Positions 11,669 to 25,635 of a DNA stretch of 64,000 nucleotides are shown piece by piece (positions within the stretch are counted from its first letter, which is position 1; the number at the start of each line of letters is the position of its first letter). Both the position numbers and the translations under genes were made by a program. The notes beneath the pieces were generated by a model. It was not told where the DNA came from, ran no database searches, and worked only from the letters and a program-made list of their open reading frames with translations. Source of the DNA: Lophium mytilinum (lineage: Eukaryota); assembly GCA_010093605.1 (NCBI GenBank), contig MU004186.1:848616-912615 (forward strand), given 5' to 3'.

Positions 11669-12382
11669 GGAGAGAACAGGAAACCGTTTCACAGCTACCT
11701 GGTGATGACTTTTGCTTCACCAAGTGGCTGATCAGATCGTGTGGCAGTCACCCATCTCGAGATCAGCTTGTTCTGTATTTTCAAGATCAGCTTGACGCGT
11801 ATTGCGCAGAACTGACAGAACTGTGCCCGCCGAATTAGAATTGAGGCCCTCCAAATTAGGTTGAAGTCAGCAGCGAAGGTGTTACGGTGGTTGAAATTTT
11901 ACTGGTGCGTGAGTTAGGGGTCAAAGGCTATGAATTCCTGGCCTTGCAGTAAAACATGGGTGCCGACACTGCAATTAGGAGTCATAGCACATAGCTCTTC
12001 TCTTGTTAATGCATGTATTTCTAGCCACTAGGATCATAATATCTGAACAACCTTCCATTTGGATATTCTCAAATCATACCTTTGACAGAAAAGTGTTTCT
12101 ACAGTCTCCCTTACTTGCTACAAGTGCTCCGCGAAAAGCGTATATACATATGCCGCTTGGAAATTTAGCGTTAGATGTACGAGGTACCTCCAATCCAATA
12201 TCGTCCGACGAAGCCTGGGGACTAACCTAGGTACTTGGCCTTGAAATGTACCACCTATAGCCTCGAGAAATCGTGAGAATCGTGATAAATGCGGTCATGC
12301 AGAGTGTACGCCAGAACGCCCGTAATGACAACTGAACAAGGGGACAGGAGCCGCCACCCAACCAGCTCTAAATTGTAATACA

Positions 12383-14272
12383 TCAATGGAAAACGCGCTC
12401 CTCCTCGTTTGCATCTGCATCTGGTGCGGACGCAGGAAACTCGGGCTCGTCGAGATATACTGCGAAAGCATTAGCGGCTGAAATTAGTGCAAGTGAAAGC
12501 CTTCGCACGTACCATGGGGCCTAATAAATAAACTGCAAAGAAAAGCTAATCCGAAAGTCGCAGTCAAGCAGATGAAAACGGTCTGCCTAAACTTGCCAAC
12601 TGTCGCAGCGTAGATAGCATTGAAAATGACGGGTCCAAGAATACGGCCGAGGGCATGCAACAGACCCACAGCTCCCAACAGCTGGCCGGTGCGGTCCGGA
12701 GGAACATGTTTCGTGAGCGCCGAGCCGAGAGTAGGAGAGCCAATGCCACCTGCAGAAGCTAGGGCACCAGACAATATGAAGGCGCCGCCACTTCGAGCTA
12801 GAGTGTAGCCCAGGAAGCCAGCCATGTCAAAGAGCACGGCGACACGGATGACATAGAGATCAAATTTGTCTGAGCCAGTGTTGCGTTGCTTGGATGTTCC
12901 AGTGGGTCCGCGCACGAGACGTGTGACGATGGGCAGGAGGACCACCAGCGAGATTACCCTGCAACTGTTGACAATCGAGACAAATTTGCTGGTTTCGAGA
13001 TTTCCCCACCCGAACTCGATATTGGTGTAGTAGACGACGATGGTCATCGCGCCCATAGCGACGCTGAACATGATTAAGTCGACAGACGCCAGGAGCATCA
13101 GGTTCCGGCGTATAGCACCGCTTGAGCCTTCCCCAGTAGGATAAAGTATTTTGAGAGGCTCGAGAATGTTGTAGCTTCGAATTTGGTTGATCCAATCCGC
13201 AGCGGGCCCCAGTCTCTCTACCTCGATCCTGTGTTTCTCCTGCGCAATGGCTTGTCGAGCTTTAGAAAGAGATTCCGGAATGAAAATCAAGAGGAAAAGG
13301 ATGAAGGCGCCATGGCATCCGAGCGCAATATAGAACACGGATAACACAGATCCGGTCCCTTCGATTATATATCCAGAAAGGATAGGTCCTAGGGCGATGC
13401 CCGTGAAGAGGCAGCCATGAAAATATCCGAATGCAACGTTCCTTAATTGAGGAGGAGTGCAGTCAGTGGCATAAGAGTGTGCCACCGCCATACCGACAAT
13501 GAAGGAGCCACACAGACCGTCAAATGCGTATCCTAGGAGGATCCAGTTCACGTTGATAGTATCCGGGAATCTGGCCGTAAAGATGGTGATGACCTCTCCA
13601 ACGAGCATGCCCAACGTCGTTACTATGAGGAGTTTCTTGCGGCCGTATCGATCGGACAGAGCTCCTAGGTATGGACTCGTGATTGCTGATAACAAGCCAG
13701 AGATCAAACTCCCGTATAGTGTGAATTGCGCTACGCGCTTCTGGACTTCTGGAATCCGGCATTGCGGATTGTCGTCCCCAAAAACAACAGGCAGCAAGGA
13801 GGAATGGGGGTCTGTTCTTGAAACCTCAGCCATGTACTCCCGACAGATCAGGGTGAGGATGAGGTTGAGTTTTGGCACAATGATACCACCGAAAGCAAGG
13901 GTGAAGAGAAGGAAGGGCGGCAAAAGCCAGTAGACCTGTCACGCAGGTTAGACGGCAACTGTGAGTTGTGGAAGAATGAAGACGTACCGAAGGCTTCTTC
14001 CACCAGGGCAAGCCTTGGAAGTCCCTCATGCCCTGCCATGCAGGGACATCATTCTCCCCATCACCAAAGGCGGAGATGCTGCCGGAGCGACTTGACGATC
14101 CGTCTCCAAGTAACGGGCTCTCTTCAGTGCTTTCGTACTGCTCCAGACTGGTTATGCCACCTTTGTCTGCCCTATCGTCGTCTTGATAGCCACTCGAGGC
14201 CCTACTTGGTGCGCCAATGCGGACACCAGCCTCAGCGTCGGCGTCTGCCGTGAACACGGCCTCATTATCCAT
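12383..14272 (-). CDS. MFS transporter (tetracycline-efflux/SLC46-like), spliced
   Basis: Multiple TM helices and motif A (GALSDRYGRKK). The N-terminal exon has an EESPLL dileucine-like motif; a short last exon ends EEERVFH*. Confidence 0.9.
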
Positions 14273-17200
14273 GTTGGTTTCAAAGTATAACTATTCGACT
14301 GGGCCAAGCTACCTCAACGAGGCAGAACGAGTATGGTGGTGGGTCCGATAAGCGTGCAAGAAGCACCTGCGGTTGTTGATAGCACCCAGGTCACGTCTCA
14401 TGTCTATCGCAGAGTCCACGTAGAGCGTGCTAGCATGTCCGGGTCATAGAAGGAGTGTAGCCGCGTGATTGGGTAACAGTGAGGGGAGTCGTCCGAAGGT
14501 TGGTGCGTGAATGGCGCTGCTTTCTAATCGTCGCCGGAGGTCGGTGTTATTTTGTTCTCAAAGATAAGTGAAGGTGTATAATCTAGATAGTGGACCTGAT
14601 TGAGGCTGTCGATCTTATGGCGCGCGATGGACGTAGTCGTGGTGATGGAGATGGTGGAGACGGTGATCCCAGGGCCGTGGACGCGTTGTTCGTATTTCGT
14701 ACCTTGATGGGATGAAACGATGACGACGTCGAAGATCGGCTGGGGCCAGGGTGAGATGCCGATGTGGCTGAGTTGTTCCCCCTTTTTCAGCTTAGCCATA
14801 GCCACTCTGCTTACATACGCACTTACTATGGTATCCGGCGTATCTTTTGTGAGTGGGGACTGAGGCGCGTCAGCAACAGGGGATTAAAACACAGACCAAA
14901 ACAAGGGTTTCCACCAATTATTTCTTCAGCATTTACGTTACCGCGTAGCCGTGCGCTTACCGAGATGAAAACGCCACAGTCCCCACTCACAAAAGATACG
15001 CCGGATACCACAGTACTACTACCACACTACCTATGTCTTACGAGCTGAGTACCAAGTGCACGTTACAAAGCTGAAGACTAATGGACACCTAAACCCCTGG
15101 ATTTGCTCAACAACTCAAACGCAATCCGGGAACACGGATGGGCGCTTTTCGTTTATGAAAAGCCGAACCGGATAGTCGAGAGTCATTGATCTGTTAATGC
15201 TCCATATATTCTGCGTGATGGTAGCGTTACCTAGCTGTTCAGTCACGTCTTCGACCTATTACGTCTACTCAATGGTATATCAAAGCTCATAGAGTCTCTT
15301 TCCACTGCTTCCATGTCCTTGAATCATGCTTGCAAGGTTCTCACTATCAATTTTCTTCGAAGTGCTTGGTTGCTAAATTCGGACATGTTTGAACTTTCCC
15401 GGTAGACACTACCGAACCGTTCTGGCATGCACCGCCAGTTGTTCTATGAGCAATCGAGGTTTATGCTACATTAGGGTCGCTGAAGAAGAGATAGATTACG
15501 AGGCCCCCAGTCGGTCTGAAATAATGGGGGCGGAATACAGGTCTAGGATCAGTAAGCCTTGAACGCACTTGGGACTGATAATTAACCAGCTCCTTTGTTG
15601 ACTAGCCCTCCGTACGAAGTATATGGTATGAGGATGAAAACGCTTCTCCGGTATGTTTGTTATAGATCGCCCTGAGAGCCGAAAGATGTGGAGGGTGCAA
15701 TCCAGAAACATGATATTCATGAAGGGAAACGGCCCGGAAAAACAGCCCTCTTTTGCGAAGAGAGCTGCCAGGACAGGGAAAGAAAATGCTCGAGTCCCTA
15801 CAGATTGTACCGAGACAGCCTCGATGTGTTCTACGAGACGTCTGGTCCAACTGGTTTTTCCCAAGCAAGTATTTGCCAATCAAGTGTTCGCCATGTATGT
15901 ACAAAGCACTATAGCGCCACCAAACACTCTGGGCCTTTGACGTAGAACCCCGAATATGCCCACAATCGCCATCTGCATTTGTAATTCATCAACCTCTTCC
16001 TCATGGCTATCGCGGACTTCCACGCAACGTAATCAATATCGGTGGCGGAGGCACGCGATGAACACGAAGAGAGGAAATAGAAACAATAAACAGATAGACA
16101 CCTGTTTTCTTCCCTCGCTCTAGGCTGCCATCGAGACGCTTCAGGCTATGATTCTAGCTTATGGTCACGATAGGCCGATCCCGCGCAGATCTCCGCTATC
16201 ATTTATCAGAGCTTCGTTCGCAGGGAGTGAAATGAGAGTTGCAAACTTCACTGTTCAGGGGTTGTTAGGTGCATAGTGTTGACGCAATCGCCGCCCAGCT
16301 TCCGGGCGGGCGTTTCTCACAATGTGACAAGATGTTTCTTTTGCCTGGGCTGCATGACTTCTATGATAGATCGGACATTTTATTCCTTGTTTTTACAAAT
16401 TCGCAAGACGAGCTTCCTGGCATTCATGCTAGATACTCTCTGCCTTCCTGATTTTCTGTTGTTATTACGTCAGGTAGCTGATTGCTCCCTACGCTTCAAC
16501 GAACCAAGCTCTCAGTGCTGCACTTCCATGACGGTCCTACGAAGTGTCGTGACGATTGCGAAGAGATGTCCTCAAAGAAGGCATCCAATCAAGCGCTCAT
16601 TAATCCAAAGGCGGCCATAGGCAATATTGAGCCACCCGTGATACGACAGGACTCGAACCAATTGAGTTGCGACCAAACATCCCTTCATTTGATCACCTTC
16701 CAGGCTTTGCATATGCGGAACTGTTCTTATCGCTCAGTGTTCATCATGCGCGCTTCGTTAGATTAGACTTGCCTTGCGGGAAGGACGCACGAATCATTGG
16801 ATCTGATTTTCAGCCTTGCAGCCTGCACCACCACATCCAGATGAACTGACATCGACTGTTTGATTTACCCCGCGATATGCTTCGAATAAGCATCCCTGGA
16901 TACTCAGCCTAATCAATTTAGCCCCCAGGCGGTCCTTAGATCAAGGGAGAAGCAAGGGCACGAAAATAGCAGTCCGCAAGGCGGGCATCATCTCGGTTGC
17001 TTGCCTTGTTGCCTGACATGCAGCCTACGGAATCCGTCACAGGAATGTATCCTTGAGCACAACATTGAGAAGCATCGCGGAAGCATGCATGCTCTACCCA
17101 GACATCTGGATGCCTAGAATTTAATAATCTTAGCTCAGTGATTGACTCGCTCGAAAGCCAATGTTTACCGACACTAAATTCAGCCTTATCGATTATGCAT

Positions 17201-19724
17201 CATCGACATCCAAGCTTAACTTCTATGGAGACAGTATCCTGACACGTCCCAGTGAACAATAACCACGAATTACCTTAGAGAGTTTCACTGACTTGTTGTT
17301 GAACACCAGTTCAGCATCTATTGGCCACACTTGCATATATATCCGGCTTGGGAGTGCTGCAGTAACCCAAAACCAGACAGCCGGACGGCTTCCGCCGCAG
17401 CTGCCAACTCAGCTTTATCCACTAACTTGATTCGTCTGAAAGTTTGATGCTGGACATTTCCACAAACAAAAGACATTCCGATGATGCATCTTTGCCTTCT
17501 TGAGGCCGGACGCCGCAAATGGTAAACCTGGCAAGACGGGTTGCTACATCCGGCGTCTCAAGTGTGCTAGTGTAATTCATGCTAATGCGATAGGGAGCCA
17601 CGGAACGTAGACTGCATTTGGGGCGTTGGTGGGAAAGTCTACGCACCTTAACCGAGCTTTCACAAAGATAGGCGCGATCTCTGGGTACACGTAGGTTTCA
17701 GCCTTCAGCCTTCAGGCAGCGAAGTGATCTCGAACACGGGTTCGAGGTTTCGCGATGCGGGGAACGCTGCATTAGGTTACGTGATACGTTTCGCATCTTT
17801 ACTTGCTCACTTGCTCCTGCAACCTCCGCATCCCTCTATCCGCTCGGCTTTCACAGGCTATCACGCTTGCTGCGCATTTACCTGCACATGTAAGTTGGAT
17901 CTATCAGCGTTTGAGCTGCCCTCGGGTAAGCAATTTGACTAGCATCAGCAAAGAGATCGTGGGCAACAAGGATCGATCTGACAAGCTGCCTCCGAAGCTT
18001 CGTATGGCGCGCTGACACGGGGTTGAAGCTGAGTAGCACTCTCATACTATGTACGACGGACTTGTGCTTCACCAATAGCCTTCCGGGAGAATGGAGCATG
18101 TTGTGGCACATGCGATCACCGTGTGGATGGAGCCGAGTGAGAAGACGCTGTCGGAGGTCAGCTGCGCGTGTAGTGAATAGGATATAATTGATGGTGTTTT
18201 GTCTTACGCCATCGCTCACCTGCGTCAGTTCGTGAGGTCTTTCTAGATGCCTTCTGGAGAGCACTAGAATTTCCAGAACGCGATTGGGTGGGTCCTTTCC
18301 TTCTAGCGTCGTGGAGTTGGGCGCGTGATTCATGAGCATACCACCAGCTTTTCGTAGTGGTTGCTCAAGGCGAGACATGAAAGACTATATCTGACTAGTG
18401 CAATTATGAGTAGTCTTAGACTCCGTTCCGCGGATTTAAGACACGTGGTGCAAGGGGTGGTCCGGTGGACCGTGACTACATTCACAGCAATACCACATAT
18501 CAGACTCGGGAAGTGCCGCGCCATCAGGAGTCAGGCTTAGAGTGACCATTATAGTGTTTGCCTGCATTACTTTGGCGGCGTGAGAGCCATATGACCATTG
18601 CGCATCGTGGTACGATGTCTTCTCTTTGTCACCAGAGTTGAACGGAGAAACCAGAGCGGTGGTATAAGGCAAAGGCGTAGTCAGGAGACAAGTGGAGAAA
18701 GTCGGACTGCGCAACTTGGCTTCTCGGATGGCCCCGGCCGCGATCTCGCAGAAAGATGGGGCTAGTTCATGACAGTAGACAGGATAGACGTATTCGAACT
18801 CAAGATTTGAAATATACACTGCTACTTACAAATCCCGTCTTAGAGCCTCCCAAGATGGGATTCGATTACCCCTCAGAGCGTGGTGCTACCTCACATACAC
18901 CTCCATAAAGCTCTAAGGCAAAACGAAACTACTGCTTTGGGGAAAGCTATGTAGTCTTCTTACCCATCAAAATGTATGTGGGTGCGGTCCCTTTCTTGCT
19001 GTGCGCAACTGTCCCAGTGTTTTATTGTCATCGCCTTTGCTATCCCGTCATTTCATCCCGCAAATTTATATTTTTTCCTTTCAAAACATTCGAAGGCCTT
19101 GCAACGATTCCGGCTGTGTCGATCGTGAGGGGTGTTGCTAGGTGTACTGTAAACAGAATCTGTGAGAAGTTAGATCTAGACATTCCTCGAGGATCGTAAA
19201 ATCTGGGGTAAGAAGTAACAGTATCGGGAACTTACCATTATATACTATTGGAACTCCACCAACTTGGGAACTATGAGAATTCTGCCTTGTAAGGTTACCC
19301 GGTGATAGCAGTCCTCTGAGCGGAACAACTGAGAAGTAGTTGAGCCATTTATGTTTGGGTCTTCTTCATCCATTGTTCGGACAGCCTGGGACTGTCGAGC
19401 TCGGCAGGCATTGCGAGGAATTGTCCGCCATGCTCTACTCAGCTAAGCAACCTGGATGATGTAGTCGTCGCGAACTCAATCCCACCGAAAATTGCAAGAA
19501 TAGCATTCTTAGCGGGCTCGGCCTAAACATCATCGTAGAGTAGTGCCAGTAGAGGCCTGGCTTTCTATAGCTACCAGATATCACAAGATATGTAGGTTAC
19601 CCGCTGTGACGCTCTGAAAAGCTGATAATGAAAGAAAGGATAGAGTGAACCAGGTAGAAGGATGAACTATCAGCTCTGATTGCCTGGGTATGGGAAATCT
19701 GATTGGAATACTGTCATTTTCGAT

Positions 19725-19790
19725 GGCTCTTTTTGTAGCATCCTGGATCTTTCTGTAGCATCCTGGCTTTTTCTGTAGTATCCTGGCTCT
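19725..19790. repeat. Minisatellite, ~3.3 copies of 20 bp (GGCTCTTTTTGTAGCATCCT)
   Basis: Three near-identical units are visible. Confidence 0.8.
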
Positions 19791-22091
19791 GAAAGCTGTC
19801 CTATTCGTTTCGTAGGAAGATGCTCGATGGATTTTCTGCAGCTTATAATGTCTTCGAGTTTCAATGTTTATATCCAAGAGTCCGGTGGAAAGCAGTAACA
19901 CGCGTCATTCCCTCTACGTTCTGATGGAAGAGTTGGAGCAGGTTTGATTCTGTGAGGTCGGGCGCGTCCAATGATCCGGCAGAGAGGTTCGACCATCTTC
20001 CGTTGCTCAAACCTTGCTCGTGCATCCGCTGGCGCATTCGCTGGCCAGTCTCTACCCAACACGAAGCGTGTCGAGTGTTTGATGTGAATCCGCTTTATTC
20101 GTGTACACGGATTCATGCATATTGGGACTCAAGCATGAACCTTCCAGAGACCTTGCCTTCTTGATGCCCAACGACCTTAACATCCGCATCCGGGGTGACA
20201 GCAAATACCTCAATGCTCGCCCTGCTATAACGCTCATCCTCTTTGGGCAGTCGCAGTACGATTGTGATAGCCCTTTCATCAAGACACTGCTTCACTATAA
20301 AATTTGACCGGTAAGTCAAGGCTGAACGTTAGGCCACCCATTCCCCTCTCATTTCGACGCCCTGGAATAGTGACGAGACCGACATGCACGACACCTGATC
20401 CAGGTTTGCTATGTCCAACAAACAGCCCAGCTGGCACATCTCCAGCCCAGCGCTGCCCAGATATCGTTGGGGTCCATTGGTGTGATGTGATGTGATGGTG
20501 GTTGACGCCCATCTCTAAAAGTTCTGTAACATGGAGTACTTGTCATCAGTATAACGACGTTTTGGTGGCCTCGTTATATTTGCCCAATTTCGACCATGGA
20601 GGCGTAGTCGTTGCGATATGCGATGCAATATGCGATTGTAGTGCACATCCTCGGGTAGGACACCCATAACTCAAACCTTTGCCTTGCCACGAAACCATAG
20701 GTCCTTCGTTCTAATTGCAGACGGCGTCGTTGCGGCACAATATGACTCTGGCGCATGCGCCGTACCAGTATTGAGGCGTGGAAGTTGTTCCGGAGAGACG
20801 TGTTGCCTGGCGCTTAGCTGCGGCGTGCCTCTGTCTTCTTGCGTAGCCGCTGAGGCAGAAGAGACACTGGTCGTGTGGAATTTCTTCCTGCGTTAGCAAA
20901 GCAGTAGACTGCAGATAGTCCGCAACAAGGCTGAACCTTGGGATGAAGCCTGGGGGCCTTCTGGAAGCGCAGCCTCGTGGTTTATCTTTAGCCTCGTGAG
21001 AAGGGCGCACTTCACCGAGAGGGCAGTCATCGATTATGAGGTCTGAGGACTCGGGGCCATAAGCAGCTGCCTGGAGGAGGTGCGAAGGGGAGTAGTTCGT
21101 TGGACAAAGGCCAGCATAGTGCCATTTTGCCTCGTGAAGGGTCTATCTTGAACGTGATGCGGGAGAATCGGAGACTTTAAGCTTCTCACAGGGCTGAGTC
21201 CCAGTCATATGGTAGGGAGCGCCCTCCGGTGAATCTAGAAAAATGGACGCGAACGATGCATCCTCTGTGAAGGCAACCTGGTGAGGCATCACGGCGCGAA
21301 GCTCCGCATTCCTATGTACGGTCTCGCGTGGAATTATTGGAGGGGTGGCTTGTGCCGGATATGGAGCAGGTTAGCGGCGGACACATGCAGTCCATGATTC
21401 ATCACGATAGTGTGCTAATCTGAGCGTAGTTCATTCGTCCGTGGGCCGCATACCTTCCGTAGGGATAGCGCGTTACGAGGAGTAGTGAACATGGGGAGGT
21501 GGGGGCTAAATCGGGGTGCCACAGTGCTGAGGAGCTGACGGTGCTAAAAAACGGAATATGACATAAGTACCGAGTGCTTCCTTGACAAAACCCGGCTATA
21601 TTCCTGAAGGCAAAGCAGGCTGAACGGGCGTAAGGGGGACGCCGGCCGGTGAGCCAAGTGGAGATGCACACGCTTGAGCCGCATGCCCCCTGTTGTTCGC
21701 CTGAATGCGAACCGCGAAGGCAACTGAACACGAGCCGGGGTGCGCTTCTAGGTGGCTTGTCGACAATACTCGCTCCCAGATGGAAAAGGTCTATATGGAG
21801 CATGATCCGACTTCACACCGCACTTCACCTCTTCATCGCTCCATTTCATGGCCAATCAGCTCATGACCCGTGTCCCGTCCTCTCTTTTTCCTGTCAGGTA
21901 CTTCCATCCCTCCGTGCGCCTGAGATATCAGGTTGGCACCCCCGCGTTTGCGGCTCAAAGCTCACCGGAGTCAGAACTGGCCGATGAACTCTTTCACTAG
22001 CAAAGACATACGTAGATTACATCGTCTAACCATATACGACTCGCCGGAATGGCAGATTTCCTGCAATCCAAGTAAGTACGCCAAGTTTTCC

Positions 22092-25000
22092 ATGCCGTCC
22101 AGCCAACCAACCGACCACCCCAGATATACGCAAGCCTTGAGGACGCAGGCGAAGACGGCCGTTGCGCAGGAACTCGCCTGTCCCTATTGCAGCGGCCGTA
22201 TCTTTCAAAATGACGACCAACTCTGGGATCATGCCGTTTCAGACCACTCCCCGACTCTGCTGGGCATGGGGATTGATCCTAAGAACCCTGGCAGATTTCG
22301 AAAGGTTTTGAGGGACGAGGCTGCGTGAGTTGAACTTTTCCGCTTTTCTAAATTGGGCCACCGCATGTTGTGCATTAGGTCACCGCAAGCGAACTACCTG
22401 CTGACTGCTACCCAGGCGGTCATTGGTAGACCGAACTGCACGAGAGTCGCACATATCATCCGAAGCGACTGCAGGAGCTGGATCAACGCCCGATTTGACA
22501 CAGCTTTCTTTATTGGAGCCGAAGGGCAAGTCTCAATCACCTCCGCGGTCGAAGAAGAGGCCTGCAGGTTCGGATATCCAAGCGTCTGAATTACAGTCAC
22601 GTGTGCCAATCCGGGATACTAGGCGGACCAAGAAGGCTACTGGCTACGAAGACCCCTCCGGGCCTTATAGAGAGGATTTAGACTACTCAAGAAACATCCC
22701 TTTCTCTGTTGGCGCTGATTCATCACCCCAACCTAAGCCCAATCAACGCCAGCTCTTCAACCCCCATGATGCCGCCAAGGGTTCGCCCACTCTGTACTCC
22801 CAACAAGGCACACACGGCACACCTAATGCTTCAAGTGAGGATTGGTCCGTCGTGGCAAACCCCCACGGGCAGCATCATGCCGCACCTCGACACCAACCCA
22901 AAGGCCAAAGACAGTCGCCCCATGGCAGCCCAAGACATAGCATTGGTTCCGCCCCCCCGCAGTACAACGTTGCCTCCCAACCAAGCTCTCTCCGCCAACC
23001 TGGTATCCTTGAGGTTCAGCGTACCAATCCTCGCTACCCAGATCTTATATCACAGCCCGATGCACGGCCGATCTCCCAGGAACAGCTAGCTTCGGAGGTC
23101 AAGTCTATATACGCCGGCCTGACCATGGTCGAGACCAAATGCATTCACGTCGATCGGGCTCAAGCTTCTGCTCTACCCGATCCAGACGGGGACTCCAAGC
23201 TGGCGAACGACCACTGGCAGGCATTGATCGCTCTACATAGAACCTTGTTGCATGAGCATCATGACTTTTTCCTGGCAAGTCAGCACCCTTCGGCCTCTCC
23301 CGCACTACGCCGTCTTGCATCCAAGTACTCAATGCCGGCGCGGATGTGGAAACATGGTATTCACTCGTTCCTTGAGCTACTAAGACGCCGGCTGCCAGAG
23401 TCGCTAGACTACATGCTAGCGTTCATCTATCTAGCTTACCAAATGATGTCTCTGCTCTACGAAACCGTGCCCACATTCGAAGACACCTGGATTGAATGTC
23501 TAGGAGATCTTGGCCGATACCGCATGGCCATTGAGGACGAGGATCTGCGCGATCGTGAGACGTGGGCAGGAGTCGCTCGCTTCTGGTATAGCAAGGCCGC
23601 TGATAAAAGCCCATACGTTGGTCGTCTATATCACCATCTTGCCATCCTCGCTCGCCCAAACGCGCTGCAGCAGCTCTACTACTATTCCCGCTCTCTCACT
23701 TGTGTTGTTCCATTCATGAGCGCTCGGGAGTCAATTCTTACTTTGCTTGACCCTATTCTTGGACGTTCTAGTGCCTCGTATACGCATTCGCTGCCTATTG
23801 ATACCAGCTTTATCAGGGCTCACGGTATTCTCTTTGGAAGGTTGTCGACCGACGCCTTCGAGGAGTCCATGGCTGCTTTCCTAGGCCAGCTAGACAATCA
23901 CATCGGACGAGTGACGGCAAAGTGGAACGAGCAAGGTGTTTTCATTGCTGTCACCAACATCGCTGGCTTCTTTGACTACGGCTCTCAGGATTCACCTTTG
24001 AGATTGATCTTTCAGTCATACGCTGAGAAAATTGCCCTCAAGTCCCAGCGATCGGCCAGCCCTTCGGAACAGGACTCCTCAAGTCGCTCACCTTCTCCCT
24101 CATCTCCAGGATCAAAGCAACTCAGCTCGGACGAAACCTCGTCGCAACTATCCAAATTGTCCCATGATGTCGCCTTTTCGTCTGCCTGTCGTCTTACTTT
24201 CTCCACTTTTGCTCTTGTTCTTCGGCGTATTGGGGATAAAAACGTTCTTCCGCATGTTCATGTGCTTTTTGCTTTCCTTTCCAGTCTCTCTACCATTCCA
24301 TACGTCTCGGCTCTCGCCGACAACGCTCCTTGGGACGAACTCGTCACCTTCCTCAATACGTTATCGAAGTCCGAAAGGCTCGAGCCACTCGTTAATAACG
24401 ATATATTCCCTGCAAAGGAATTGAGCGACAACGTGCCTCTACCCGAGGACTATCTTATACGTGGGCAGGTGTGGAGCCAATGGTATTTCCCCGAGGGCTG
24501 GTTTGGTGGTGAACATGACGAGGAAGAGCGTTCCCTTGAGCTCGCTTCAACGACGAAGGATAGAACAGAGCGGATCCTACGCCTTGGTCACCAAATCGCA
24601 ACTGTAAGCTGAGAATCTGTTCGCACCACCTGCTGTTGCTTTTACTAAATCTTGAGTAGCTTGAGCGCTGGATACATTACGACCGATCTTCTAATACGTG
24701 GTCTATGTCTTCTGCCTTCACACAAGCCGCGCCAGGACACAAATCTGGCGAATACGTCCCTCAACTCACACATACGTTACTGGCCGATGACATGGACATA
24801 GACCAGCCAGCTCAGACCCAAGAGAAGATTTCTTTGACTTTATCATACGACCTTGGCGATGATTCGCCAGAGATGAGGGAGATTCAAGCCGAGGAGGAAA
24901 ACGCTCAAACACAGCCTCAGCCTACTAAAGGTTCTCAGCCTTCTACAACTTTAGTAAGCTCCAATACGCAGGCACGGTCATCAACCATGACCGCTAGTAA

Positions 25001-25635
25001 GATGTTCGTTCAGCGTTATACTGTAAGTTGTTATCATACTTGAATATCGCGTGTTCCTGATTGCTGGTCCGCAGATCATCGTCTGCGATACGAACCTGTT
25101 GTTAAAACAAAGAGACGTGTTTGAAACCTTACTTCAAAATGGAGACTGGAGGGTCGTGGTGCCCGATGGAGGTGAGCACTGTCCGACTCCCCGAAGATCC
25201 ATCTAACCCAAAATAGCGATTACATATCTACTATTGCTGTCAAGACAAGCGGGTCCGGACAGCGCTCTTGCTCACGACGCCCTACAAAGTGTTCGAGTAG
25301 CCATTGCAGAAGACAAAAACGTGCGAATAGCAACAGATAAAGGTAACGACGTTACAGAGCTATTCCTCTCCGAGAAGATGGGGGGTGGCGATCCAGAGAA
25401 TGTGAGGCAATCAGAAGACAGTATCATCCGTGTTGCTAGGAGCGAGAGCAATCTCAATAGGCAATCGCCTGGGAAGCAAACCGGTAGCCATGCCCAAGCA
25501 AAGCCCGCAGTCTTGCTTACCGAGGACAAGGCCATGAGGATCAAAGCAGCCACTTTTGGAGTTGCGGCTATCGCTACATCTATCATCAAAAAGGTCCTCA
25601 AGAAGTCGGAGCCGGAACAAGTGCCAGGTCAATAA
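22092..25635 (+). CDS. Est1/Ebs1/SMG5-7-like protein: N-terminal C2H2-like finger, Est1 TPR-like DNA/RNA-binding domain, C-terminal PIN domain
   Basis: Exon 1 has CPYC-x13-H-x4-H. Exon 2 (22416-24603) has QPDARPISQEQLASEVKSIYAGL...WIECLGDLGRYRMAIE...GRLYHHLAILA...PLPEDYLIRG. PIN exons give IIVCDTNLLL...VVVP, EDSII and VLLTEDKAMRIKA. Introns are at 22325-22415, 24604-24659, 25023-25074 and 25172-25216. Confidence 0.88.

Noticed and set aside
3860..14272. Secondary-metabolite gene cluster around the oxidase and MFS genes
   Set aside because: There is no PKS, NRPS, terpene synthase or cluster regulator, and the intervening genes are housekeeping.
18830..18885. Hairpin followed by GGGATTCGATTACCC resembling a tRNA T-arm
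   Set aside because: No acceptor stem, D-arm or anticodon arm could be built.
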